From positions 8,341,095 to 8,405,094 of the forward strand of contig MU054391.1 in assembly GCA_013239625.1 (NCBI GenBank): DNA of 64,000 bases, in the 5' to 3' direction. Source of the DNA: Lama guanicoe (lineage: Eukaryota). Shown here piece after piece: positions 1 to 13,599 of this stretch; positions within the stretch are counted from its first letter, which is position 1, and the number at the start of each line of letters is the position of its first letter. Made by a program: the position numbers and the translations under genes. The notes under the pieces were generated by a model. The model did no database searches and was not told the DNA's origin. It was given only the letters and a program-made list of their open reading frames with translations.

Positions 1-539
1 TAAATCATTTTATCACTCTAAGTTTCAACTTTCAAACTGCAAAATTGAGATGACAAACAGGTCTATCACTTAAAAGTTTATAGAAATCTACACAAAATTG
101 TGGATACAATATGCTCTTTAGATTATTTTAAAGCACCGTGAAAGGTTCACCATTATCATTAAACAGCATTATCTAAAAATATAAGTAATTTATTAAGGAA
201 TGAGCAAAATGTCAGAAACACAGTGAGTGACCCATAGCAAGTCGTCTGTAATGGAGGCTGTCGGACATGGCATACAGGTAAAACGGAAGAGAGAGAGCCA
301 CCTACAAGCTGTATGGGGCTAAACATGCTATTTAATTCTCAGCTCCCTCATCTGCTAAATGTTGAACAATGGTTAACCTGAACAATATCATGTAAACACA
401 ATTAGATGGTCAAATAAACATTAAAAATAGTAGATGGTACTAATGATAGCAATATTTGTTTAATACTAGTAAAGGTAATAGTATAAGTAGAAACAGTAGC
501 GCAAATATCGTGTGAAAACCATCAAATGAATGCCTTTTA

Positions 540-932
540 AGATTTTAATTAATTTTTACCTGCAGTAACATTGTTTATAGTATTATGTAAGCTTCATGAG
601 TACAACTTTATATCTCTACTTCTGTATACACCACAGCATGTTCACCACTGAAAACTCAGTTTCCATTTATCAGGATACAGTTGATCCTTTCTACCCATTT
701 TATCCTCCCCCATGCACCTTCCCACCTTTGGTAACCACTCCTCTGCTCTCTGTACCTATTCTCATTTATTTGGGTTTTGTTTGTTTGTTTTTTATATTCC
801 ACATATAAGGGAAATTATACAGTATTTTTCTTTCTCCATCTAACTTATTTCATTTAAGCATAATGCTTGCAAGGTCCATCCATATTATTGCAATGGCAAG
901 AGTTTCTCTTTGCTGTGACTGAGTAGTATTCC

Positions 933-967
<35 letters not shown>

Positions 968-995
968 CTCACACATCTTTATTCATCTGTTCAAT
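540..995 (-). mobile_element. LINE-1 3' end fragment (L1MA-like) with internal (TG)n
   Basis: T-rich start, then typical L1 3' UTR antisense text: ggtaaccact..ctctgtacct, tatattccacatataagggaaattatacagtattt, aggtccatccatattattgcaatggcaag, gagtagtattccactgtgtg. Confidence 0.85.
935..964. repeat. (TG)15 microsatellite
   Basis: Perfect TG run read directly. Confidence 0.97.
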
Positions 996-2131
996 TACAC
1001 CACAAAGACAAGTATAAAGTATCATATGGCACTCACTACTCTTGATGATGTCTTTGTAATTTTCTTTAGGGATTAAGACTTGGCTACATAGAATCTTGTT
1101 ATATTTAAGTTGATTTACATTCATCTTTTAAGATATGACACCCACCCACTCCAGAAAGACTTCTTTCCATTCACATTCTAATTTATGTCTGTCTTCCATA
1201 TTCACCTCTATTTTAGCCATTTATACATCATATTGCAATCAAATATTTAAGTATATCTAACCTTGATTTGAGTGAGAGCAACACGAGATGGTGGAAAAAT
1301 AGCAAGTGTACATTGAAACGTTGATGGTCCTGTATACAAAAACATAAACACCTGACCTATCAAAATAATGAGCTTGATTTTTGTCATTTTGTTTGTTTTA
1401 TTGTTTTAATCTGTTCAAATAAAGTGAATTAATTCATTGGCGTTTTCCATCTAAAAAAGTTTGATTTTTGATTATTGAGCATGCAGTAAAGGTAATTCCT
1501 TCTATTTTATATACTGTTTTATTGGTGACTACTTTGTAGATTCATTAATCTGAATTAAACTACTGATTTGAGTAAGTGCTTCATCAGTGACTTCTTTCTC
1601 ACCTCTAGAAGAGTTTCTAATTAGAATAACCTTTCATAGCATTTTTTAGTTTAATAACTGCAAGCCTAATAATATATTCACTTCGCATTAAAACACTTGT
1701 CAATAGAGCCCATGGAATGATTGAACATGCAATACACACCTCCTGTCCTTCACACTGACGTGTATATAATATAGTCAGATCCACCTCTTCATTACTTCAA
1801 AAGAGCCAAATATGTCCTTTCCAAGAAATATCTCTTTCCAATCTTGATTTTCAAGGAGAAAGCATTTGCCAGGAATATCATTCTTTTTTTTTTCTTTTCA
1901 CTTTTCTTCCAGTTTAAATTTTTTTCCCTCTGTCATATTTTCAAAGTGTCATTACTGATAATGTATTTCTGTTCTTAAGTGTCATTAATTATGATAATTA
2001 CATTACTGGTTCACTTCCTGGTCTGTTTTATTCTCACACGTACTTTTCCAACAGCATTTAATATCGCTACTTTTTTTTTGTAGAAAACTCTCTAAAAATT
2101 GTCTATATTGACCATCTGTAATATTTGTTTT

Positions 2132-2550
2132 ACATTTTTAGTGTGGTAAGATATATACATAAAATTTGCCTTTTTAACCATTTTTAAATGTATAATTCAG
2201 TGGCGTTTTACATTCACAATGTTGTGCAGGCATCACAACTATCTATTCCAAAAACTTTTCATCACCTCAACCAGAATTTAACCGATAATTCCCATTTTCC
2301 AGTCTTCTCAGCCCCTGGTAGCTTTGCAATGAATATACCTGTTCTAAATATTTCATGTAAATGGAGTCATGCAATATTTATTCTTTTGTGTCTGGTTTTT
2401 TTCATTAGCCTAATATATTCAAGGTTCATTCTTGCTACAGCATGTATTAGAATTCCACTTCTTTTTAAGGCTAAATAATACTAAATTTTGTATATATCTC
2501 ACATTTTGTTTATTCGCTTATCTGTTGATGGACATTTGGGTTGTTTCAAA
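2132..2550 (-). mobile_element. LINE-1 3' end fragment (L1MB-like)
   Basis: aaaatttgcctttttaaccatttttaaatgtataattcagtggc..acattcacaatgttgtgc, atttcatgtaaatggagtcatgcaatat and tctgttgatggacatttgggttgtttc match the L1MB 3' UTR antisense. Confidence 0.85.
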
Positions 2551-2559
2551 TTGTCTGGA

Positions 2560-2780
2560 ATTGTTTCTTCTACATTTTTTGAACCCTCCCCAGTCTAGCT
2601 TTTGTTTCTAATACCCAATAGATACTGACATATCAAAGTCCTAATGATCTCTATATTATTAAATTGAATGATCAAAATCAGTTCACATCTTATTTGATAT
2701 ATCAGTGTCATTTCACAGAAATGACCACATTTATGTCCGTGAAACATCTTCCTCACTGGATTACAGGACACTATACATTT
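2560..2780 (+). mobile_element. LINE-2 fragment
   Basis: caaagtcctaatgatctc..aaattgaatgatcaaaatcagttcacatcttatttga..gaaacatcttcctcactggattacaggacact resembles the L2 ORF2 3' region. Confidence 0.65.
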
Positions 2781-2789
2781 GATTTAGAA

Positions 2790-3135
2790 GACAGAATGGC
2801 CTTCTTACAAATTAAGTGTAAAAACTGAGATCCTTGAGGGAACCCTCACCTCTTGGAAGTACTGGAGGGTACTTTCATAGAAGCTTTGATAAACTACTGT
2901 ATCTTATTAGTCTGTATTAGAGCACATGGCCATTCTTGATTCAAATATATAAAAGGAAGATGTAATTATTCTGATTTTCTCAGATTATTTAACAGAGCTA
3001 TAAATAGGCTCCGTATCTCCTGAGTGAGAGTCATAAAGTTGTTGGAGAGATGAGTATCTGAAGGACTCTGGGATTCTGTTATGAAGGAGGAAGATGAAAA
3101 TACTGGTATGTAAGCTACCAACTGTATCTACCATA
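2790..3135 (-). mobile_element. Old MaLR LTR fragment (MLT1K/J-like)
   Basis: gggattctgttatgaaggaggaagatgaaaatactggtatgtaagctaccaactgtatctaccata resembles the MLT1K terminus. Confidence 0.55.
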
Positions 3136-4094
3136 TGTCTGAAAAACATCCATGGAATTATGTTTCAAAAAGTACTAGTATTAACATTTATAAAATGTAC
3201 TTATGTGGCTATTTAAACATTAAACCAGTATGAAAAATAGAATAGCTTCTAAATTTTCTCTACGAAGGATCAAAATAAATAGAAAAAATAATTTCCTCTT
3301 TTCCATTACAAAACATGATCACTTTAATGTCTGAACTCATTCCTTGAAATGTACTTCAAAACAAAAATGATGTGTATTCAGCTTCATGATGATTACAGAT
3401 AAGATTTAATAGCTAGCCATCCAAATAAATCCTGCAGGTGGTAAGCAATGGTCCATGCATAAAACAAGCAGCCCAATTTTCAAAAGGCTATCAATTAAAT
3501 GAGGAGAAATGCTGAACTGATCTGCTGCTCTCCAAATGTTAATTAAAATTGCAATATTGCTGTGGGGCAGCCAACATACTGCAGCTCTTGGACAGCTGTG
3601 ATGCAGCAGCTCAGCATATTGTAACACAGTGATATACTGCTTTGATATCAGCACTAAGAAACACGGTATTATTCCAGTATATTTCAGATTACCCACTGCC
3701 TAAGGCATGCCTATGTTTCGTAACACTCTTTATTTTTTTTTTAATTCTGTTCATTCCTCTGCTTAATTCATCTACCTTGTACTTGATGCATGCATGGGTC
3801 TTTGATATTAGGTCACAGACCAATGTTCTTCCAGTATTGACTTTGCAAATACGTGACACTATATATGTCACAGCCATGGCTCACAACTGATTTCAAACTT
3901 AGTGTAGCTATTTACATTTCTCTTTTGTTATGTAAATACCAGACTCTGATTGAGTTTCATTCATTTTTAATCCTCTTTCTCCTTTAATTCTCAAATATTT
4001 CATTTTTGAACCCTACTGTGTTATTAATTTAATACTTAACTCTATTTTGTGGAAATAGATGGGATATTAACCTCTCTCACTTCTGAACTTCATG

Positions 4095-7000
4095 TATTTT
4101 TTTTAATGGAGATAATCACAGACTTGCATGTAGTAAAGGAAAAACACAGAGCGATCCCTTGTCTAGTTTTCCCTAAGGGTGACATTGTGTAAAACCAAAG
4201 TACAGTATCACAACCAGGATATTGACATTGGCAAAATCCATTAATCTAGATCATATACCCATAGTTTTACTGCTCATAGCTGTGTGTATGTAGGTGTATA
4301 TTAAAGTCTATATAATTTTATGATAGGTAGTTTTGTGTATCCACCATTATAGTAAAGATGTTAAATAGTACCAACACTATAAGCATCCTTCCTGTTGCAT
4401 TTTGATAACCATACTCACCTCCCACCAGTTTTCCCAACCATTCCTAATCCTTGCAACAAAATTTCCCCTTCATTTCTAAAATATCACCATAAATAGAACC
4501 ATAGAGTATATTAAAGCCTTTTGGAATTTTTTAAAATCAGCATAATTCTCTGGATATTTATCTAAGTTGTGTGTATCAGTTGTCTATTCCTTAGTCATTG
4601 TTCAGTGGTATTCCATGACATGTCTGTACTACTGTTTGTTTAACGATTCACCTGTTGAAGGACATCTGAGCTAATTCTAGGTTTTAGCTATAATAATTAA
4701 AGCTACTATGAACATTTGCTATACAGATTTTTTGTGTGAACATGTTTTTATATCCCTGGAATAAATTCACAGTGCTACAATTGCAGGGTTGAATGATAGC
4801 TGTATGTCTAGCTTTTGTTTTTTAAGGAAGTCCCAAGCTGTTTTTCACAGGGGCTGTACTATTTTGCACTCCCACAAGAAATGTATGAATTGATCCAGTT
4901 TCTCCACATACCTGCCAGTATTTGGTGTTGTCACTTTTGTTTTTATGTTAGCCATTCTAATAGTTATGTAATAATGTCTCATTGTGATTTTAATTTGCAT
5001 TTAACTGATGGATAAAGATGTTAAGCATCTTTGAATGTGCTTGCATATTTCCCATGTCTGTATCATCTTCATTGAAATATCTCTTCATGTCTTTTGCTTA
5101 TACTCTAATTGGATTAATTCTCTTGGTTTTTTTTTTCCACTGTTGAGTTCAGTGAGTTTCTTGTATGCTCTAGATACTAGTTCTTTGTCAGTTATATACT
5201 TTTAAATATTTTCTCTCTCTTTGTCAAAAATCACCTAGGTAATATTTGTTGAGTCTGTTTCTGAGTTTTCTCTCCTGTTCCATTGACTTATTGTTTTATT
5301 CTAATGGTAATGCCACAGAATTTTTATTAATGTACCTACATAACAAGTCTTGAAATCAGGTAGACTAATTCATCCCACCTTTTCCTTAATTTTCAAAATT
5401 ATTTTAGCTAGGTAAGTAGCTTAGTTTGGGCTTTTCCATATACATCTTAGAGTAATCTTGTCTGTATTTAACCCCCAAACCATGCTAGTATTATGATAAG
5501 AATTATGTTAAACCCATGTATCAATTTGGGGAACATGGACGTCATTATTATATGGATTCTCCCAATATGGGTGATTTGTGTATTCTTCATGTTATTTTTG
5601 TTTAGTTTTTTTTAAAAGAAATTTATCAATTTTACTGACTTCTTTCTAAGAAACAAATTTTGATTTCATCTTTTTTTCTGTTATGGGAATATTTTCAATT
5701 TCACTGATATCTGCTGATAATCATTATATTTTTCCTTTGCTTGATTTGGGCTTATTTTGCTTTTCTTTTTCTAATTTTCTTAGCTATAATCTTAGGTTAT
5801 TGATTTGAGACTTTTTTCATTTCATTTCTAATCAATTTTCCTGCTATCAGTTTTCCTCTGAGCACTATTTTGGCTGGATCCCACCATATTTTGATATGTT
5901 GTGTTTTTGTTTTTATTCAGTTCTATGTATTCTTTTAGTAGTATTTGTAGTATCATTTTCAAATCCTTTGAGACTTCCTCTTTGACCTATGGTTTATTTA
6001 GAAGTATGTTAGTTCCCAAGTGTTCAGAAACTCCTCTTGTTGTTCTGTTAGTGCTGTTTCTGTTCTGTGTTTTCTAGTTTGATCTTAACATGGTTAGAAA
6101 ACACAGTTATATTATTTCCATTCTTCAAGGCTTGTTTTATGGATCATAATATGCTCCATGGAGGCCTGAAAAAAAAACTTGTACATTTTGTTTACCATGA
6201 ATGGAGTGTTCTATAATTACCAAATAGAGCCTCTTAGCTGAACATATAGCTGACCTTGAACAATGTGGTGGTTAGGGGTACTGACCCTCCACACAAACAA
6301 AAATTCATGTATAACTTGATAGTACGCCCTTCATATCTTTGGTTCTGCATCTGTGGACTTAACTAATCATGGATTGTGTAATAATGTACTATGTATTTAT
6401 TGAAAAAAACTATGTGTCAGTGGATCCACACAATTTAAACCTGTGTTATTCAAAGGTAAACTCTATTGCTCAGATATTTTCAATCTTTGTTGATTTTCTG
6501 TCTAATAGTTCTACAGTTATTGTAGCATTGGAGTCTCCAACTATAATTGTGAATTTATTCTTTCAACTCTAGCCATTTTTGTTTCAAGTATTATGCAATT
6601 CTGCTCTTTGGTCAGTACACATTTAGAATTACGTCCAGTTGGTACATTGATTGTTTTATCTTGCATAATTAATCACGTTTTATGTTCTTTTATGTCAGCA
6701 GGCATTCACACTGCCTTAGTTTACATGAGAGTCTATTTTTTTGTAAGGGGTAATTGCAATGGCAGTGTAATTTTCAGTCTTTGCAGTATTATTTTAATCT
6801 CCTTGGCTAATCTGCTGCTTCTCAGGCTCCTCCCAGTCTCTGTGGATGCTGCCTAAGTGCACAACGGGTTTCTCCACTGAGGAGGAAGAGTGCATTGGTA
6901 TCCTTTTGCTGGTACCAGTTGGCTGCTGGAGTAAAAAAATCTTAGTCCTGTAGGTCTTAGTCATGTAGTCTTCCATTTCCTACCAGGTTGTCTGCTGTAG

Positions 7001-7415
7001 CTGGCTGAGGCTCTCCTGTAGGCTCTGCCTGCCAGCCCAATTATCTCTTGGCAGAAAAGGGGAGTCTCAGGTCAGATGGTTAAAGACAGTGCTTTCCCTG
7101 TTTCAGGCTTATCTGGTGTTATGTGGACTACCGTTATTTGGGAAAATAATAAGTCAGCTTGGTCCACCTCTGCTGCTATGTATGTGAGAAAATACCGGGT
7201 ATGAATGGCCTTTCTCTGTTATGGGAGAGGACAAAAGACATCTTGATGTGCTATTGCTCAAATCCTGGGATTCTGGGATACCAGCTCTCCATATTCTTAT
7301 TACCTTTCAGGGTTCTTCCTTAGTCGTCTCCTGCACCAGTTACAGTGTTATGTTTGTGCTTAGTGAGGAGAAGCAAAGAGAAATGAGCCTATAGTTTCTT
7401 ACCTAAATATCTGAA
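4095..7415 (-). mobile_element. Internally deleted old LINE-1 (L1MC/L1MD-like): 3' UTR, ORF2 pieces and a 5' UTR-like end
   Basis: 3' UTR: acagtatcacaaccaggatattgacattg. ORF2 antisense: tagccattctaatag..attgtgattttaatttgcatt and tcctttgagacttcctctttgacctatgg. 5' end-like: gtgcttagtgaggagaagcaaagagaaatgagcctatag near 7360-7395. Confidence 0.8.
6247..6463. mobile_element. Tigger2-family MITE (MER8-like, TcMar-Tigger) inserted in L1
   Basis: Degenerate TIRs tagctgaccttgaacaa and ttattcaaaggtaaactc. TA on both sides (6245-6246, 6464-6465). Internal ggttaggggtactgaccc and tctgcatctgtggacttaac. Confidence 0.8.
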
Positions 7416-9959
7416 CATTCCATTCATATATTTTGAATCTCTGTCTTATATAATGATTAATTTTTAAAACTTCAGCCTACCCTTACATTTCTGCATATTT
7501 TCATAAAATTCATGAAGACTGACTATATCTTTGTATATTCAAACACCTTGCCAACACTTTACAGAAAGATGATGCTTCATCTAAGTTAAGTGAGAGAAAA
7601 AATTAATCACATACAGTTTAATTTTTTTAGAAAATAGTACAAATTGTATTGTTTATCAGTAGATCTTCAGACTTTTTGCTGTTATCTCAATGAATGTAAA
7701 ATACTTAGAATTGTCAGTGTTGCCTAATTTACATCTTGATATTTGGATAGGATACATTACATCTATTGGAAAATGTCAAGATCAAGTTCATGTTTTCTAC
7801 ATTCTTATTTTCAAGGGAAATGTTTTAGATATTTCTATGAATAGACAGAAATATCTATATAATATATGATCTGATTCAAAATGTTATATGTAGACATACT
7901 TTCTCTAAACTTTTTTAACTTTTTACATTTTTGTAAACTTTTGTAAGTAAAAATATTTTTAATTTTTCTGTTTTTGTAGTGACATTATGGGAAAAACATG
8001 ACTAGATTATCTTTATATTTCCATTCAACACTATTTTATTTATTCTTAGCAAATGGTCTGTAATATAACTTTAATATATCTCTTTTATTCTAGCTAATTG
8101 TTTTTAACAAAAAGGTTATCTCATTTTGAGTCTCTCAAATCAATGCCAGGAGAGTAGTCCACAGGAAAATGAGCAGAACACAAAATTATGTGTTCTACAT
8201 CAGAATTTAAAGTAAATATTTCTAAATTCTAACTCAGGGACTCTTCTGGATGACCTATGAAACTTTTGTGAATTTTGATGATAAATCGTTCACAACCCAA
8301 TTAAGAGTAATGAAACAAAATACATTCCTACTCTATCAGAGATCGTCATTTTTTTTTCTAATGACATTTCTCCCTTCCTAAGGAATCTGGTAGAGCTGTC
8401 TTCTAACTATCTTTCAGGTTCTTAATATATATTAAATTCCTGCAATGCATTATTAGATCCTGTATCTGTGGACACTCTACATACTTGGATTTTAGCAAAA
8501 GGAGAAAGAAAAACTCTGGCAATAAATACACACATAAACTTTGACAAGAGGAACTGGCTCCTCCTGCCAAGACATTTTCATCTTAAGGAACTTTGCCTAG
8601 TTCATCACTCAAGGAGGTTTCAGAGTGAGGGATCATTTCAAAAAGGCCATTCTGCTTTCATTTTTTTTCCCAAGGAAGGTCAGAATAACCTGCAAGTGGA
8701 TCACTGAACAAAAGAAAGTACCAAACTTCAAATAGGCCCTCTAAGGCCCTTCAACTACAAACTTTGAAATATTTTTATGACATTTCAAAATGATTTGTGA
8801 TCCTGACATTACTGTTTAAAAGACGTCGTTTGAATCAAAAATAAACTGTAGGCCACACATCTAGGAGATGATATTTTTGTTTTATTTTCCCATTTGATTC
8901 TTTAAAGTTAATTATAGTTTTCTTTAGTATATATACATTGCTGTGACTATAACTTCAATAACTGTAATTCAAACTATGGTATGATAACTCTTTGCCTCAT
9001 TTATCCTAATTTGATAAAGTTTCCCTAAGTTAACACTTAATTAAAAATACTTTTCCCCATACAGGAGAACCATGTATAATTTATTGGAACTTTTTTAAAG
9101 AAGAAAAGATAAAATTATATTAATTTTACTATGAGGTAGATCAACCTAGATATTAGGTATCACATAATTTATTTAAGTGCCTCAAACAGGTTTCAGGCTC
9201 TGTAGTCTGAGGTGGTACTCCCATACAAAGAGACCCTTATTTAGAAGAAATTGGAAAAGGAACTGAAAAGGAAGAAAAAAATATTTTTGGAAATATACCA
9301 GCCATAAAAGAGCAAAGTTCACCCTTGCCCATTTCAAAGCCTACTGCACTGTAGTAGGAATCTGTAGTAGATCTGGTGCCTTTGAACTACACAGACCTAA
9401 GCAAAGATTATATTGTGGTCTTCACAAGTTCACCATGTATGTATTGATGTGATTTCCCTTCCATAACAGTTACTAACTTATGCTCTAATAGAGAAAGCTC
9501 AGACAAGTCTCATGAAAGCTTATGTAACTCCATATTATAAAATATCCATGCTGACATAGACTCCCAATATATGCTTATATGTTTGTAAGTCAATGGATAT
9601 AGGGGGTGCATAGAAGCCAGTGAACAACTTGGGGTACTTAGCGTTTCAAAACCTTGCACTAAAGATCCCTAAGGTCTGTAGGAATATTTTGATTTTATGA
9701 GCCTACCCTGGAGAATATGTTGTATTCTGTTTTATGATTACAATTCAGTTTACTGGATCCCTTTAGTTCCAACCTAAACCCTTTAATAGGTATTAATAGG
9801 TATTTAGATTCTTCAGGATATTTGCAAGAACTGTTTACAAATCTATAAATTGTCTCATTATGATAACTATACTAAAAAAAACATGGTAACAATCTTGAGA
9901 ATAATACATCCATAATAAAATCACTGTATTGTATGTAATATGGGAGAAAGAATTACAGG

Positions 9960-10142
9960 CACTCAAATGAGAATCTGGAATGCAATACTGTTTGTTTGCA
10001 ACCTATGTGAGCTTGGATAAATAACTTTACTTTTCAGACCATCAGTGTCCTCAACTGGGAAATCTAACTTTTAAAGTTGTTAAGAGGTTTAAACCAAATA
10101 CTCTATTAAAATTGACTTAAGTTGTGCCTGGCTCAAATAGAC
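9960..10142 (+). mobile_element. MIR SINE
   Basis: tatgtgagcttggataaataacttt..tcagtgtcctcaactgggaaat..gttgttaagagg..gtgcctggctcaaatag (MIR core and tail). Confidence 0.6.
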
Positions 10143-11299
10143 ACTTTCCCCTTCTCTCTCTTTCATTCACTCATGGTACCCTCAGGCCATCTTATCTGCT
10201 CTTAAACCGGCTGATCAAAATATAAGCAGGCTTGTCTCAGCAGTTGGAAATAGGAACAAAAATTAAAATAAATGAGAGTTCTCCACTATTCTTCGTCTTT
10301 GGCAAAGTTCATTTTAATAGCTTGTCTCATCAAATAATCATTACACCCAATAAGTCGTCTAACACACTAATGCAAGGCTAAATGACTGTCAACTGGCTCA
10401 GGCCAGCCTTGCCCACTGAGTAACAGCAGGCTGTGGCAGGAGTTCTGTCTCATTGTATCAGTGGAATAACATTTCTAGTAAAATTACGCACTCATAAAAT
10501 TGAGTTGGCTTGAAAACCCGAAAGTGTTTTATTCTAATATTTTGAGGACCACAAAATATATCTAAATGAGAGAACAAAGCAGAGATGTTTAGCAAAATTA
10601 ATTTGGCCCCTGAGGGGTAGATTGATCACAACTGGAAAAGACAGCTCATAGGACCCCAGTGTGGGGCAATGACTTTAATGCCCTCAAGATACACAGAAAA
10701 TTGTATGTCAATTTGAAATTTTATTTGAATAATCAGCTAGTGGCATAACTTCTCTGAGTCTGTGTTTCCTCATGGATAAAATAGCAAAGTACAAGTGAGG
10801 CTGTTATTTTGTGTATATGTATTTTGGAATTTTACATTTTCAATTTCATTTAAGTGTAGTTATTTTTATATGCTAACATTGAAAAACTGAATACAGTCTT
10901 TTTAAGGAAGTCACGTTTTAAAAGATTATGTTGGGGATTTAGTTGCTATGTTGCATTTAATCCCAATGTATCAACTAAATCACATTTGTAAGGCAAACTT
11001 TACTAATTTAGAATAAATTAAGTGAGTTTTGCTACTAAAACTGGCATGTTATGCATCAAATGAGAGGCATACTTTTCAACTTGTTGCTTCTACTATAAAT
11101 CATATTTCGAAGCATGGTAAACTGGAAATGACACCAATGTAGCAATTGGGACCACTTAATAATATTCCTAAATCAGATTGGCTGTCTGGTCTTCAGGAAA
11201 TTATTGTACCCTCTTTTATCAAAGTTTTCTCATTTGTCAAATGAGCAAAAATATTTTACCTAATAACAGCAAATCATTCTAGAGCTATCTTATTGATTT

Positions 11300-11482
11300 T
11301 TATATAATGCAATTCTAAGGTACTTTTTTCACTTATGAACATCTTTGAAATCAGGAGTCTCCTAAAATTGAATGCACCTTTTCATAAATGTTGGGAGCAC
11401 AATAATTTTATAGTCATACTGGTACCAAAGATAGTCGTTTATCCTTCAATTTATGGTCTCTTATATTTGGTGAAATTTGATA
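11300..11482. mobile_element. TcMar-Tc2 DNA transposon MITE (MER104/Kanga-like)
   Basis: attctaaggtacttttttcacttatgaacatctttgaaatcagg ... atggtctcttatatttggtgaaatttga resemble the two ends of the recalled MER104 consensus. Confidence 0.5.
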
Positions 11483-11524
11483 TTAACTAAAGTAATTGTC
11501 AAAGAAACTATATGAGTGAGTACA

Positions 11525-11655
11525 ATTTTTAATCATACTCAACAGATGAAGGTATTGAGATAGAAAACTGAAGTAATTTGCTTACAATCACAGAAGTTAA
11601 AACCTGGCCTGCTGATTCAGAGCCCATGATTTTGTCCATTATATTGTACTGCTCC
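11525..11655 (-). mobile_element. MIR SINE
   Basis: acagatgaaggtattgagatagaaaactgaagtaatttgcttacaatcacag..ctgattcagagcccatg. Confidence 0.55.
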
Positions 11656-11718
11656 TCAAAGATTTTTGTTGTGGCTGTTAACGTGTACGTTAACATGATG
11701 TGAAAAGCACAATGTACT

Positions 11719-11744
<26 letters not shown>
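11719..11744. repeat. (AC)13 microsatellite
   Basis: Perfect AC run; source of the spurious MCVCVCVC ORF. Confidence 0.97.
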
Positions 11745-11753
<9 letters not shown>

Positions 11754-12249
11754 ATAAAATTCTTCAAAATATTATTTTAAAAGACAGCATATAAAATCTG
11801 GCTAATTCCTATTAAGGTCTGTATTTTTAATGGAAAAATTCAGTGGTGATATAAATACTTATATGAATATATTTATATATGTATATATGCATGCACAGTG
11901 ACAGAAATACATGATAGTAAACATGACCTTAAGGACTCTGTCACTGAATTGTATATTTAGGTCAATTTATAAACTCATGTACATGGTATAAGATATCTGA
12001 GATTACTGATATCTACAGATAGGTGCTTCTAATATATTTTTTGTAGTTTGATCCAAGAACCGTCTGTACCTTACTGCCTAGAAACCTTACTAAGGACATG
12101 GATAATCTAACCTCCCACAGGTACAGGCACAGGGACATGAACACAGGAGTCAGAAACATGGGGTTATAGATCCAGATCTGCATTTGTAATCTGTCTATAT
12201 GTATATATACGAGAGAGATTAAGGAAGAGAGAGAGAGAGGAGCAGTATG

Positions 12250-12490
12250 CTGAATATATTGGATAATATGATTGAACAAAAAGACCATAACTTGGGAATC
12301 AGAAACACCTGGTTATGGATACTAACTCTACTACACAGATCATGTCACTTGACTATTTGATTTGTAAGATACACATAAAATTAACTCTAAACTTACACAC
12401 TTATGTGACAAGTAAGATAGTGCTTTTGAAGTACTTAAGCATGTTGCTTGACAAAAAACACTCAATAAGTATCGGATAAAATTATAATTT
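12250..12490 (+). mobile_element. MIR SINE (degraded)
   Basis: acttgggaatcagaaacacctggtt..gtacttaagcatgttgcttgacaaaaaacactcaataagtat. Confidence 0.5.
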
Positions 12491-12594
12491 TAACTATACT
12501 ATTCCTTATCAAAGTAAGCTTATATAGGTCAACTAAATTTTTTAATTTCAACATTTTCAATATGTTAAAAATAAAGTGAAAAAGTTGTATGTTC

Positions 12595-13095
12595 CAACAA
12601 AGTATTCACAAATCAAATTCAACAATATAAGAAAAGAATTGTACATCACAACCAAGTGATATTTATTCCAGATTTATAAAGTTCACCTTTTGAAACGCAA
12701 TAAATGTAATCCACCATGCCAACAGGAAAGCATTATCATGCAACCCAAAATTCATTCAACACACATACACACACACAAAATCTCAGTAGACTATTAATGG
12801 AGGAGAAAGGTCTCCCTGTAATAAAAAGCATCTACAATAAACCTACAAAAACTATCATAACTAGTGGTGAGAAATCAAATGCTTTCCCAGTGAGAATGAG
12901 AACAAGGCAGGGATATTCCCTCTCACTGTTTCTGTTCAACATTGTACTGAAGTAATAGCTAGTGCAATAAGGTAAGAAAAAAAAGGTATAAAGTTTTGAG
13001 AAGACAGCACCAAAACTGTCTGTTTACAGATAACATTATTGTCTACGCAGAAAATCCCAAAGGCTTGGCAAAAACACTCCTAGAGCTATTAAGCC
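12595..13095 (+). mobile_element. LINE-1 ORF2 reverse-transcriptase-domain fragment (non-functional)
   Basis: ORF 12716-12955 reads IKSIYNKPTKTIITSGEKSNAFPVRMRTRQGYSLSLFLFNIVL, matching L1 ORF2 IRAIYDKPTANIILNGEKLEAFPL.TGTRQGCPLSPLLFNIVL. Downstream tttacagataacattattgtctac is the decayed FADDMIVY motif. Confidence 0.92.
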
Positions 13096-13599
13096 AGAGG
13101 TAATACAACTTGATATATTTCAGGTATTAAAAAATGCATGTGTTTAAATTTTTATATTTAGTATTTTGGATGTATTCACATAAAGATTTGGAATAATCAT
13201 ACAAGTGTTTGATTTTGACATTTTATATTTCATTTGGGTTCTCTGGAAAATGCTTACTCTTGTGTATCATTTGTGCTCTAAAATAAAGACACAAAGCTAA
13301 TACCTCATATAACTGTGCTAAGTTTGTGTGTCAATTTTCAACAACAAAAATTTTTACATTAATTTCCCATGGAGTTTTTAGTGAGAGCACTCTAGTAAAA
13401 TCAAAGAGAAAATTGAAATCCTTGAATTTTTGAAACAATGAGGAGAGATTTTCCCCATTATGGTTTTAATAAAAATAATTGTTCTTCTGTTATAACACTC
13501 TAGAACTTATTAGATAATGGACAAAATATAGGTTATCATGAATAGAGGATATTAAATTTTGATATTGTGTTTATTATATAGAAATACGTTGTGTGTGGT

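Noticed and set aside
8465..8500. CR1/L3 RT motif YLDFSK (tacttggattttagcaaa)
   Set aside because: Only about six codons match and the expected AFD continuation is absent, so it cannot be distinguished from chance without an HMM search.
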